Translations under genes and position numbers: made by a program
The notes under the pieces: model-generated
Told to the model about the DNA's origin: nothing
Databases searched by the model: none
What the model saw: the letters and a program-made list of their open reading frames with translations, nothing else
Part shown: positions 13,026 through 26,371 of the stretch, one piece after another
How the letters are laid out: every line of letters begins with the position of its first letter
How positions within the stretch are numbered: the stretch's first letter is position 1
Assembly: GCF_006345805.1 (NCBI RefSeq)
Contig: NC_042997.1
Coordinates: 124,000,001-124,064,000, forward strand
Source of the DNA: Octopus sinensis
Lineage: Eukaryota
DNA length: 64,000 bases
Reading direction: 5' to 3'

Positions 13026-13902
13026 ATATATACATACATACAATAACTCGGAGACATTACCCTTTCTATTTACCTCCCAAACCCACTTGTTGAATACAAA
13101 TAAATAATATAAGAAACTATGTCTATCCTAGTTGTAGGGGCGAGAGACTTTACTATCTGGTTCCCCCTACCGCATCCTCTAACCGTTCCTTTGCCATAAA
13201 TCATTGTTTCCCTGCCCGCGCATGACATCGCATTATTCTCCTTTTTATACAACCAAACTGAACTAACAAACTCATTCTGTGACTGACAATAGTCATAAAA
13301 TCATGAAGCGACGCATGCCGTTGGATTTTTAAGGATTTTGAATGTTGGAATTCATATATTAACATGCTGAATTTTTTTTTTTTGTAATGTTGTAATGTTT
13401 CCATTGAAAATTCGTTGGAGACAGTTGTAGTAGATTGACACATTATCCAGCTGTTGTCATTTGTTTATTCATTATTCAACTCACTCATGACTTGCTGCTT
13501 GCGTAAATCCCAGTTATATTATCAACAGGTACATTTACTGCAATATGCATTTCCTGATTAGACTCAGGGCTCGTGATATACCCAGTCTGAAACAGTAAAT
13601 AGTATACATAACCGGAATCTCTTTCTGCCTGTACTTCGGTACCCACATATGTATTCGTCCGTTTTTGTTGTGTACACATTTTATTTTTCGATTCAACACG
13701 GTGACAGATTTACGCGAATCATCCGTTATATAATACATTTATATATATATATATATCTATATATATATATATATAATATATATATATATATATAATATAT
13801 ATATATATATATGTATATATGTATTTATACATATAGTGTATGGGTGTATGTGTGTGCGTACGAGTACGTATGTGAGTATAGATAGATAGATCCTGAAGAA
13901 AA

Positions 13903-15011
13903 GATTCAATCAGAATGTGTGGAGGGCACAGAATGTGAAGTGTATATGAATAAAGGGAGAAATAATTAAAAGAAAAAGGAAAGAAGGAAGAGAAAGAGAA
14001 ATAAATAAATAATAAAATAAAATATAGTGGTGTGAGAGAAAGGAGGAACTGGGTAGATCGGTGATAGATAATAATGTAGTTTTAGCTTAATTACAGAATT
14101 CAATAGTGGGATTGACATTTGAAGAGAAGAGAAATTGGAGGGGAGAAGGTTGGGAAATATTTTTATTCGTGGGGGACAAAAGAAAGTAAGTATGAATAAA
14201 GTAAGATAGTGTGGGAAGTTTGAGCACGGCTAGTGGTTTTATGGTCAAACGACAAATTGATGGAAGAAAAAATAAACACAAAAAACAAAAAAAACAAAAC
14301 AAATGTAGTGGTGAAGGTGTATGAAGGCGTATCTTGTGAAAAAAACTGACAGCAAGCTCTTAATTCATAAAAGAACTGCTCTAATTACAACCAACGTGCA
14401 CGCTGTTAGGAATATACTGGAACACGAAACTATACAACAATAAGGACAATATATATATTGCCGTGTGTCTGAAATGAGATCGGTACATTTCTACGAGTGG
14501 ACAAAAATTGGTAGAAACATCTGAATGAATGGAGAAAGTAATCAACAAATTGATGAATATTTATACGTAGTTGTAGGTTTACGGGTGGAAGGGGTAGGGG
14601 AAGGGGAGTAGAAATATAAAGAGTGAAGAATATTTTAGGTGGTAAGTAAAAATACACCTCTTGACCACAAAACCACAAGCCATGCTTCAACTCCACACCC
14701 TACCTTACTTTATTCATACATACTTACTTTTGACCCCCACGACCAAAAACATTTCCCAACCCTCTACCCTCAAATTTCTCTTCCCTTCAAATGCCAATCC
14801 CACAACTGAACTTTTTGATTAAGCTAGAGCTACTATGTTATCTATCACCGATCCGTCCACTTTTCCTTCCATCACTCCCCTACATTTTTTTTTATTTCGT
14901 GTTATTTATTTGTTGCTCCTTCTTTACTTTCTTCCCTTTTTCTCTTACTTATTTCACCCCGCATTTATATGCCCCTCATATTCTGTGTCCTTCCCACCTT
15001 TCGATTGAATC
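13903..15011. repeat. Diverged inverted repeat (arms ~13903-14250 and ~14660-15011), probably the inverted terminus of the adjacent PLE
   Basis: e.g. GATCGGTGATAGATAA vs TTATCTATCACCGATC; GATTCAATC..GGCACAGAATGTGA vs TCATATTCTGTGTCC..GATTGAATC. Confidence 0.8.
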
Positions 15012-15439
15012 ATTGCGTCAACATATACCTCCTTGCAACAATGTACGTTTTAATCTAATCAAGATATCCTTGGCCCGAAGCGAAGCCGGCGGCATAAGCC
15101 TCACTTGGATTTAATCACTTCTGAGGTTCCACTCACTATTAAACATATGTAGCCCGGATTTCCCACACTCTTGTATCCTTTTTCGCACACTCGGCAACCC
15201 TGTTTGCCTACCGAGGAATATAAAAAGAAATTTTGAGGTCATCATTATTTGATAAAGAAAAAAACATCTGCAACACTCCGCCTCTATAAACCACTATTCT
15301 TCCTGAAAGCCGTTTTTCTTTATATTCACTAGGGATTGCTCAAAACTAATTCTCTTCCTACACTGCGATCCCTGGATCTTACATTTACGTATCACTTGTT
15401 CCTATTCTAAGTGAACGTTAACAGTGTGGAAGACACGGA

Positions 15440-16950
15440 AACGGAGAAAAGGATTATTCAACTTGTCGCGTAAGGATATACCTCTTACCAACAAAAAACG
15501 AGTGTATGAAACTTATTATTTCCCGCTGCTAACGAATTGATTAAACAGATGCGATGGAAAGCTCTGTTCCCCCTCCTAACTTTTACTACTAATTCTGATC
15601 ACCTAAGCCACCAAGCCCTACTCGGCGAATTTAGATCCCGCAAGAACTCACTACCTAATCGTCACCTCGACAAATTGGAATCAGACCATGACAGCATGGT
15701 CAAAAACATAAAATTTAAACCCAAAAGGAAAGCAACCAACCTACCTAACCAAAATCGATAAGATTATCAAAAAATCTTCAGAAATACCCCGGAATCCTTA
15801 CCCACGCTGATAAAACAAGCAATTTATAAAACGTTCCCTTGGACAAATATCGAGAGTTAATACTCAAGCAACTACACAAGAACTACATAACTGTAGCTGA
15901 TTCAGCATTAAAAGAAGCTTTTTTATAACGTTGACCTCAGCATCTCTTTCTGTACCAACGTCAAAATTGCTAATTTCTTAGACGTTACCCTGGACTTAGA
16001 AAACCAAACCTTGGTGTCTGTTTTAGTGAGTTGTTGTGTAGACAGGATTAGGGGTTATATGGTAGAGGGTCGTTTTTTAGGTCGATTTCTTCTCCAATAG
16101 TTGGGTAGGTATTGAGGGATGATGTGGGGTGGTAGGGTTAGTCCTGTCATATGAGGGTTGTTTTTGCTAATTGAGAGAGGGATGTTCTACATGGGGATGT
16201 ATTCAGTTGAATGCTTATATCTGGCACTCTGTAGGGCATATCTGAAGTATTCAGCATATTGATCGAATAAATCTTGATTAGCAGATAATGAGGGTATCGG
16301 GTAGGGCACGCTTTCTACAATACCACAAACCAGGAGAAAACCTCAACGGCGTGAACTTCTCCAATCCTCCTCCGTCCTAAACTTTATTGTAGAAAGCTTG
16401 CCCTACCGGATCTCATTATCTGCTAATCAAGATTTATTCGATCAATATGCTGACTACTACAACTGTGTCTTACAGCACGTCGGATATATGCAGCGGACTC
16501 ACGGTCGGGCGATCATGGGTTCGAATCTTAGACCGGGCGATGTGTGTGTTTACGAGCGAAACACCTAAGCTCCACGCGGCTCCGGCAGAAGGTAATGGCG
16601 AACTTCTGCTGACTCTTACGCCACAACTTTCTCTCACTCTTTTCTCCTGCTTCTTCCAGCTCACCTGCGACGGACTGGCGTCTCGTCCAGGTGGGGAATC
16701 CTATACGCCAAGAAAACCGGGAAACTGGCCCTTATGAGCCGGAACATTCCTTATGAGAAGGAACATTCAACTGAATACATCCCTATGTGAGACATCCATC
16801 TCTCTACTTAACCCAAAGAAAAAACAGTTCCTAACCCTCATATGATAGACCTAACCCCATCACCCCACATCACCCCCAATACTCACTCAAGCACTGGAGT
16901 AGGAATCGATCTAACAAATGAACCCCCTACTAGATAAGCTCTAAACCTGT
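15440..16950 (+). mobile_element. Decayed Penelope-like element ORF with internal inverted duplication
   Basis: FNLSRKDIP..LIKQMRWKALF, HADKTSNL, NFLDVTLDL, LSANQDLFDQYADYYN; 16037-16322 is a reverse-complement copy of 16386-16490 + 16765-16954. Confidence 0.78.
16491..16764 (+). mobile_element. tRNA-derived SINE (family 4), 5'-truncated, inserted in the PLE
   Basis: B-box GGTTCGAATC; 3' region CCTGCGACGGAC...GAAAACCGGGAAACTGGCCCTTAT shared with the copy at 47062. Confidence 0.75.
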
Positions 16951-17883
16951 CTACATGACAACCCATTCAAACTGCTGCAGCGTTTCGAATGTCATTCTCA
17001 CTGTATGTAGCCGAGCCTTATCCTGACGGAATAACACCTTTCGTCTTAAAACCGAAGATGGTCGTTTCTCTTGTAACGCTGACATAAGACACTCAAGCTG
17101 CTCACGGTACAACTCCATTGTGATCGTTTGGCTTGTGTTTAAATGTTTAAAGTGGACTAAACCTTTCATATCCCACAAACAAATAACAACATCTTATATG
17201 GGTGGAAAACTTCTGTAGCTTCGGGTGCCGGTGTTCCTCCTTTCTTCGGCGCTTGACAATTTTATAGAGAAAACATTTCTCGTCACCAGTCACTATTCGG
17301 TTCAAGAAAGGTTCATTTATGAGATGTGACAGCAAAGAAGAGCACACATTCACTCTCGTGATGAACCCACTGACCCAATTTCCGATGGCACGCAGGTGTC
17401 GATGAATGGTTGAATGAACAAGTCCAAGATTCTCTGCTAGCTCCTCAGCAGTTACCATGGGATTCTGTTCCACCAGGGTTTGTAGGATGTCCTCATCGAG
17501 CTTTACAGATTTTTCAGCATGCGGCTCGTCTTCTCAGCTATAGTGTCCAGATCAGAAGTTCTGAAACAACAGATGACGCTGTCTTACGCTTATTGTCCGA
17601 TCTCCCATAAACTGCATTAATATTCCTCGTACTTTCCGTTGCGTTGTTTCATTTCATAAAGCAAAATATACTGAATATGTTCCTTTGTCGCGTCCATTAT
17701 AGCTTTGAAAAAAATAACTGTTAAAATCGAACTGCACTCTTCAAAACTTTCACTAATGATAAGTATAAGGTCAAATTACTACCTGCTTTTATAGTAAGTT
17801 GATGCAAGTAGTTTATCCCATCCCCCTCTGACTTTTAGTTCAAACCAACTGAAAAAAACAACATTATTTATGGGATAACCCAA
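16951..17883 (-). mobile_element. 3'-truncated decayed mariner
   Basis: Terminal TTGGGTTATCCCATAAATAATG next to TA at 17884-17885; ATG 17697 MDATKEHIQYILLYE; RIVTGDEK; FRQDKARLH. Confidence 0.88.
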
Positions 17884-18209
17884 TACTTCCTTGATCGATA
17901 TTTCCCGTTAGTTGTTTCTTCCGGTCAATCAGACACGATCTTATTTCTGGAATAAATCAGCTGTTAACAGACCTGAAAATTGGTGTCCACAAAAAGACCT
18001 AAAAATATAGAAGAGACGAAGTAGATCATGAAGATACCCTTGCGTTTAGAGCAAGGATTAGAGAGACAAGTCTACGCAAGGCGTATATTAATGTTTGTTT
18101 TCATGTATAATTACGTATAAAATCAGTTACAGATTTAACAGAAGCATAACTCAACATTTTAAAACTTGGATAACACGTTTATTTAACCAACATATGTGTG
18201 TGTGTGTAT

Positions 18210-18345
18210 ACATACATACATACATGCATACATACATACATACATACATACATACATACATGCATACATACATACATACATACATACATACATACATACA
18301 TACATACATACATACATGCATACATACATACATACATACATACAC
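18210..18345. repeat. (TACA)n microsatellite
   Basis: Direct reading. Confidence 0.95.
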
Positions 18346-20246
18346 ATAAACTTCATCGTGACTACACCGTATTCGAATTTTGACACTATACAAAGTAAAT
18401 ATTCAGTCAAGATAATTCATCATGTTAAACTATATTTGTCCCTAAATTATGGATAGATATATCCACATTTTTATATAGACCCCCACACACACACACAAAC
18501 ACACACACATGAACACAAGCGTATGTATTCACAAATATGACTATGCATGTATGTTTGCGTTTGTGTATCAGTCGTTTACCTGTGTGTACATAGGTATGCT
18601 TAGGAGTATGTTTACAGGTAGTTGTATGTCCTCCTCTTTAAATAAACACGCATCATTGCTATATGTTTCAAAGTTTGCTCTATACTTTTATACGTTTATA
18701 GACGTGTACATTAACATGCATGTGTTTAAGCTCGTATATCTCTATGTATCTGTGGGTCTAATATATGTATTTACCCTATCATTTCTCTACCATTCGATAT
18801 ACATATACATTCACACATGCATACATACACACACACACACACACGCACACACAAACACATAAATATATATATGCTTCCGTGAAGTATTAGTGTGTATCTG
18901 TGATCGAGTAGCTATATGTGTAACAACAGAAGAAGTACACTTTAATATCTTTGGTAATACCAAACTGAATTTATTAAATTATACTAATATGGAGCAGCTA
19001 GATTCAGAACTACGAGTTTTTCGTTTGCTATTTAATCGCTATCGTTTCTCAGCTGTAACTAACACGTCAAGCTTTGTGTATAACGCTCAAAATCTCTTGA
19101 GGAATTCACAGGTCGCACCGACGATGTTATGCACTTGCACTCACACACGCATACATGCACACACACACACACACAAACACGTAAAAACACACTCAAACAC
19201 ACACATACACACACACACGCACACACACACACACACATATATATATGTATGTATGTATAGAGAGAGAAACACACACACACAAATAAAGAGGTAGATAGAT
19301 ATTCGTGGGATTATATGAATGCACATCAATATAATATTTTCTGAGTTAAGGTAGAGAAACACAGGAGTTCATAAAACTTTCTTACCGTATGATGACTAAT
19401 AACTACTAGGCAGATTTTGTGAGTAGAAAACCGTTCATAATATTTACAAGTACACATCTTAATATCATCCCATTGGATTTAAATCGTTTAATGGATTCAA
19501 CAGACTGGTCTTGACACCTTTTAAAAATTCTATCTCGCTTTGTAGTGGTTTCATAGTGGTTTAGATATTGTAATAGTGTCAGGTGAAACATTATTTTTAG
19601 TGTTCAAATAACAGCATTTCAGTAAAACACAGCCCGTTTTGTCAGATAATGTCATTCAAATATACATATACAATATTAGTCATTCACAGATACAATAAAA
19701 TTTCTAAATATGAAAAAGAAAAAAAAGACGATTAATTTAGTACAATAAGAATGCTCACGTTATTTTCCATATTCACCGCACAGCTGCAATTTTTTCTAGT
19801 GCGAATAATAAATAAAACATTTAATATTTTACGTCATACCTAGAACGGCGTCTTATTAATGTCGCTTGTGTAATTGTTTATTCTGCGCAACATGTATAAT
19901 TTCTTTCTTTTTCTTTTTCCGTTTCTTTCTTTCTTTGTTGTTGTTGTTTTTTTTTTCATGGGTAGTGCGCATATAATTTTTGTTTTCTTACACAACTATC
20001 GTGTGATTCACAAACAATTATCTCCAAGCAAGTTGATCCTTTGTTTAGAAGCCTTCAGTAAGAAAATAATTTTCTGGAAATGCCAACACGAGTTTAGTTT
20101 TCGTATAAAGCTTATACAAATTTTTCGGTTCGCTTAATTATTTCGCAAGATGTTGATAAAATTGTTTCTGAAGGAATCTGAATGCATTCTATGCACAGTT
20201 TTATTCAATATTCTTGACCGAAACATAACTGATGCACAATATTTGT

Positions 20247-20320
20247 GCAGCAGTAATTTTGCATAGCAGTAACTTTTGCATAGCAGCAATTTTTGCATAG
20301 TAGTAAATAGTTTTTGCATG
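20247..20320. repeat. Short minisatellite, ~18-bp unit GCAGTAATTTTGCATA, ~4 copies
   Basis: Direct reading of degenerate tandem units. Confidence 0.75.
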
Positions 20321-20630
20321 AAATTCGATAACACATTATATATACCTAAAAGATTAATTAGCAAGGAGAATAATTAGTAATGAGTATATATTCAGTCTGA
20401 TTCTAAATACAATTTTGCGACATTATAGTGAAGCTTATGAACTCTACTTCCCTGCTTGAATGTCTCACATCAGTTACAAAACAAAACATTTATATTTTTA
20501 TTATATATGTGTGTATGTGTGTGTGTACATGCGTGCGCGTGTGTTTGCGGCATGTCTTTATCTATGTATGTGTATGAACGATTGTATGTTTGTACATGTG
20601 TGTGTGTGTGGTGTGTGTGTGTGTATTGTG

Positions 20631-20775
20631 AGGATGATCCGGTTCTTGACTGAAGATAAAAGGATTCGAATGACCCGTCCTTGTTTTTGTATCGTCTATC
20701 TGGATGTTCTGTTGTCCCGTTTTGTATCAACTAGTCGTCCGGATGTTTTGCGTTCTTGTCCCATTTTGTATTTAA
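20631..20775 (+). mobile_element. Short repeat (family B), probable PLE terminal sequence between microsatellites
   Basis: Shares TTCGAATGACCCGT.CTTGTTTT and CCGGATGTTTTGCGTTCTTGTCCCATTTTGTAT with the reverse complement of 51349-51420. Confidence 0.6.
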
Positions 20776-20816
20776 TTATATATATATGCATGTATATGTA
20801 TGTATTTGTGTGCATG

Positions 20817-20911
<95 letters not shown>

Positions 20912-20927
20912 TATATATAGTATATAT

Positions 20928-21024
<97 letters not shown>

Positions 21025-21353
21025 GTATGTATTTCTGTGTATATATGTGTGAGTGTCTCAGGATTGCTGTGTATAGCAGTGTCAATCTTTGTGTGGATTC
21101 GTACGCATTTATTCTCGAATGCAACTTAACCATTTCGTAAGTAGAATAAACGAATGCCAGACTGAACTGCGGGCAACGGTATCCACTAAGTCTTGTAGAG
21201 ACTATATCTCTGCGCAGCTGCATCCAATGTCTGAAACTAAAAGAAAGAAAAGTTTAATAGTATACATACATACATGTTATATATACATACAAGCATACAT
21301 ACATACACACACACGCAAACACTTATAATACATATATATGTATATATATATAG

Positions 21354-21518
21354 GAGAAGAAAATGGATATAATAACGAAGGGAAGCTCGTCGTTTTCGCT
21401 GGTATACCTTTAATTAAATTAGATAATAAAGGAGGAGGAAGCAGGTTATCTAATTAAATTAAAGTCATACCAGCGAAAATGACGAGTTTCCCTTCGTTAT
21501 TATATCCATTTTCTTCTC
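21354..21518. repeat. Hairpin/inverted repeat, ~73-bp arms, 19-nt loop
   Basis: 21354-21426 is the reverse complement of 21446-21518 with a few mismatches; begins directly after a (TA)n tract. Confidence 0.92.
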
Positions 21519-21735
21519 TTTAATAAACTAAACTACAGTCTACCAACCGAACAACCTGCTACCGTGTAACTTTACAAAAGACTGTACCTACCCAGGTAAT
21601 AACCAGGAGCGACTTTAGATTTAATTATATCTTAGATGTATTAAACTCCTCTAACTGACATCTATGTATATGTATATATATATATATATGGAACAAGTAT
21701 AGTGATATTGGACGCTCAAGAAAGGAAAAAAAGGA

Positions 21736-21783
<48 letters not shown>

Positions 21784-21980
21784 TTGTGTGTGTGTGTGTG
21801 TGAGTGTGTGTGTGTAATAACGAAGACAACTATACGAAAAATTCAATTGTTAGTAATTATGGTTTCCGTCTAGCATGTATATTGCCCGAAATAAAAGTTT
21901 TAAACCACTCAGAGCCACAAGAAAACAAATTTTCATATATTGACAGGGGAGATAACCGCCTCGCAGCAAAGCTAGATCAC

Positions 21981-22042
21981 GATACTAGACTAGTTTCGTC
22001 TGAAATTACAAGCTCAACAATAGTGACTTCGTCGTTAGCAAC
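21981..22042 (-). ncRNA. Degenerate type I hammerhead ribozyme motif
   Basis: Minus strand: GTTGCTA-acGACGA-a-GTC..GAC-GAAA-CTAG-TC-TAGTATC; stems I/II/III present, core C3U4 mutated. Confidence 0.55.
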
Positions 22043-22219
22043 ATAAAACCAAAAAGGAAAAAGTTCAGTTGTTAGTAATTTAGACTGAGACTGCCAAGTA
22101 ACAACAATATTGCCATAATAACAGTTAAAGCACCATTATTGCAGCAAAAAGCACATTTTCATATATTGAGAATGGAGATAACCGCCATGTATACACACGC
22201 ACGCATACTTATACACATC

Positions 22220-22262
22220 TGAACCTGATGAATGCTTAAATGCAAGAAAGTATACTAGTTCA
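22220..22262 (+). ncRNA. Type I hammerhead ribozyme with palindromic stem III
   Basis: TGAAC-CTGATGA-aTGC-ttaaat-GCAa-GAAA-GTATAC-TA-GTTCA: intact core, 5-bp stem I, palindromic stem III. Confidence 0.75.
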
Positions 22263-22423
22263 ATGAGAATAGACATTTAATATATTCTATATTATATATC
22301 CTATATTATAAGAATATAAATAAAACATAAAAAAACAGACAGAGTTGGAATTCCTTTGAGTAATACATATATATATATGTATATACATACATACATACAT
22401 ACATACATACATACATACATACA

Positions 22424-22454
<31 letters not shown>

Positions 22455-22489
22455 GTGCGCGCGCGTAGGTTTGCGTACAAACACTTTAA

Positions 22490-23080
22490 ATTCTTTAAAT
22501 TGTTTCAGCTTTAAAGTAGCAATTGTGCTGGGCATTCCCGTTGAATGTGCTACAACACAGTTTGAAACCACTTCTGATATGTGACATTTGTTGAATGGGG
22601 GAAATTGATGCTGATGCCCTCATTTGTGTTTCTTGCCGTGCGGTTGGCTCGTCTGGAACCCTTGACAGGATGAGATCCAGTTTTGTTTTGAACACACATA
22701 CATCCACACCATGCTGATCCTGATTTTTGATGGCAATGCTGGGATTGTATATTGCGTTCAACTCCTGTTGCAGATGTGCAATATTTCCAGGGTTTTGTAT
22801 TGTCCGAGACACTTTTGTGACATCTGCATACATAGTGAGGGTGGCTATCTGATCAGCTGAAGGTGTGTCTTAGAGACCCACTACAAATAAATGTGACCCT
22901 TTGAGATGTCTCTATTGGCCACCACTGCCTGACGCCTACCTTTAGAAAGTCGTGAAGCCACTCTCCAAGTTTTCCGACTTTGCTGAAGTCGCGCAGTTTG
23001 TGACATATCATACCATGGTTGACTTTATTAAAGGCGTTTGCAAAGTCGAGATATATCGCATTCACACTTGACTCTTCATT
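22490..23080 (-). mobile_element. CR1-like LINE fragments (internally deleted)
   Basis: AIYLDFANAFNKVNHGMICHKL..GKLGEWLHDFL, MYADVTK, FKTKLDLILSRVPDEP. Confidence 0.85.
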
Positions 23081-24333
23081 TGTGTGTGTGTGTTTCTCTA
23101 TATATACATACATACATATGTGTGTGTGTGTGAGTGTGTTTGTGTATGACACATATAATAGTTTTGATGTCGTTTATGTGGATAACACTTAGGTGGCAGG
23201 TATGTGTGCTGTTAAATCTTGACGTAGAAATTCCATGTCACTTGTTTTTTTTTTTAGTCAAAAAATGAAACAAACATTTTATTTAGTATAAAGAAACACT
23301 GCATCAAGAATGCTGCTGAATTGTAAATGACTCAGTGCAGCTACAAAGCTGGAATTAGGCGTTAAAATAAGATAGCGACGGGAGAAAAAAAGTAAAGATG
23401 ACATCCGTGCTTGTTGTTCATTTAGTCTGTTGGTATTTCTCGTTTGCAGTTCTTTAACATTTACTTCTCGAAAGATCTACATTTCCTGAAAATTTTGATC
23501 TCGTGTATTTATATGTACAAGTCTTAGGTCTTTGATTTTTTTGTTTTATTGATGAGACTAAATTATAACGTTTGCTTGTTTTGTTTTGCATTTTATATAT
23601 CAAGCCCAGTCCTTCTTAAAACATTTTCCTCGCTGTGACACACAATGTATTTATCACCGATTTTATTCCAGCTTTGGTTTTGTTATTCTTTAAGAAACAC
23701 GAAGCAGTTCATTATAGAATAAAGTAATATGGAATCTTTTGCAGATCTACTAGCTCTGACCATACTTAGAGATATAAGTACTGTTGTCTCTGATGAAGCT
23801 CATTCACCTTCGACAGATGTTGTTTTTAAACCTTCTGTGTAGGCATTTAGTGTTTTCACTTATCAGGCGTGCTAGTGGGGCATGCGTAGTTCGCACCCAT
23901 TCAACTGTGAAGGGTAGTACGCTAATACACATTTACCTGTAGTAAAATAGTATTCAATAATATAATACAGATATTTCCAGCTTCTAACATAAGTTTTACT
24001 GAAGTTATTTGGAAACAAACTTCAAAAATTTTAAGAATTAAATCGTATAATATTTCGAACAGTATCTACAATAATGCTTTGTTAAAACATATTTATCTTT
24101 ATTGCATATGTAAGCGCTCACAAGTGTATATCACTGAAGAAGCTCAACATATAGGATTTCGTTGCGATATTCGAAGATGTTACGTTAGTTGAGAATCACT
24201 TTCATAAGAAGAATGTATATCAATAACATCTAAGCATTCTCTTTCCGTGCAACCAAATTTAATAGAGAAGGAATTTATATGATAACGAGTTAGAGTAATT
24301 AGAGTGAAGTTTAAAACAACATATGAATGGCGT

Positions 24334-24360
24334 CTATCTATCTATCTATCTATCTATCTC

Positions 24361-24427
<67 letters not shown>

Positions 24428-24452
24428 GTTTATCTATCTAATCTATCTATCT
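24334..24452. repeat. (TCTA)n microsatellite
   Basis: Direct reading. Confidence 0.95.
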
Positions 24453-25599
24453 AACGACTTGGTGTCTGTGTATTTGTATCCTCGGCAATATACCCATTAT
24501 ATAAACATGTTACATAAATCATCGCAATTAATGAAACATTCACGGAAACAAATATTATAGTGACAATCCCTTTTGAGCTACAGATTGACGCCATATAAAA
24601 ATATCAAAGAATTATCACACGTAAAAATTTATAGGCCTTCATGTACGCTGTCACATTGATAAATACTGTTTTAACGATCTTACTTAACATTCTTCGTGCC
24701 TGTACACACGTACACACAACACAGATAAACATGTGTATGCATGTATATAGTGATATATTTATGTGCACTTACATAAACATATATACGTCTGTATGTATGT
24801 ATGTATCAAATGTTACTGTTTGTATGTATGTATGTATGTATGTATGTATCTAAAACCGTGAAAATGTCAACACGGCGGATGAATGAGATAAAAAGCGAAT
24901 GTCGAGGTTAATCCAGCGTAATGAAAGAATGATCGGGATATCATTTATAATTCATCATGGAAGGGAGAAAGAACGGTGTAAGATAATTAACTCACACGAA
25001 ATATTATTGATTGAAACTAATTACATACAATAAAAGAATTAAAAAACTGCAGAAAAAAAAAGATGAAATAATTCGGAGCAATTAGAGACTAATTATTAAT
25101 GAGAAGCCAAAATCAAATGTAAGCCGTTGAATATTTTCAATATGAAATAATTGCTGTAAAGAAATGGTGCGGGGAAAGATATCCCGATTCACCTATGCTC
25201 TATGATTAAATTGAACATGTAATTTGTTCTACATAACTGCATATGATTGATCAACATATTTAGTAACATTGTGCATAGATTCTTACTGTTACATCATTAA
25301 CATTATGTTATCCATGTATGATGCTTGAATATCTTATTATAAGCTTGTAATTGTAGCTCTGTTTTTGAAATTACAAGCTATAGGTTTAGTGTTCTGAAAC
25401 CATGTTGGGAGATATAAGCATAGATGTTGGGAGCAATCTGAGTTTATGTTTATATTAGAAGCTGGGAAATATGTAGATATGCAAATATGTAAAAAAAAAT
25501 GTTACTTTTAACTAAACATGTGGACATTCGTTATGTTTAACAAAGTAATTAGGAAGCTATTGAGTCTATTATATTTCTTATTAGAACTTATTTCCGCGG

Positions 25600-25833
25600 A
25601 AGGCGGCAAGTTGGCAGAAACGTTAGCACGCCGGGCAAAATGGGTAGCAGTATTTCGACTGTCGTTACGTTCTGAGTTCAAATTCCACCGAGGTCGACTT
25701 TGCTTTTCATCCTTTCGGGGTCAATAAATAAAGTACCAGTTTCGCACTGGAGTCGATGTAATCGACTTAATCCCTTTGTCTTTCCTTGTTTGTCCCATCT
25801 TTGTTTAACCCCTTGTGTGCAGTAAAGAAATAT
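25600..25833 (+). mobile_element. tRNA-derived SINE family 2 with 20-bp TSD
   Basis: AGGCGGC..TGGCAGAAACGTTAGC head, B-box GAGTTCAAATTCC; TSD ATTAGAACTTATTTCCGCGG (25580-25599) / ATTATAACTTATCTCCGCGG (25834-25853). Confidence 0.92.
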
Positions 25834-26291
25834 ATTATAACTTATCTCCGCGGCGCAGGGTCGCTGCTGGGTTTCGCTGAAGGAGTTGGTTTAAAAGGAT
25901 TTGATATCGGAATTTTGAGGTATATTTTCACATTCAGTGATAATTTGTGTGATTATTTTCTTTTTCTATCATTATAGGCTTTCTCTGTACTCGAAACAAA
26001 AGAGTGAAGCTTTAAACAAGGAGACTCGATCAGCATTGCTTTTATGTTCTCTTCAAATCTGACGTATAAAACAATGTCAATATAGATTGCCGATATTATT
26101 TTGCAACATATGTGTGGTTGCCATTTCTTTTTTTCTTTTTTTTTTTTTTCCAATTTTCACTTGTTCTTTCACTTCTATTAATGCAAAACTATTTGACTAA
26201 TATACTCGTGCTTCCGCGAATTACACACGCAACACGCACTCATAAACACTCCCATACATACACACACATGTACAAACATATACACATATAC

Positions 26292-26371
<80 letters not shown>

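Noticed and set aside
20247-20320. Regularly spaced short repeats (CRISPR-like?)
   Set aside because: No unique spacers, no cas genes, eukaryotic context; simple minisatellite.
23785-23825. CTGATGAAG...CTTCGACA motif
   Set aside because: No GAAA and no credible stems I/III.
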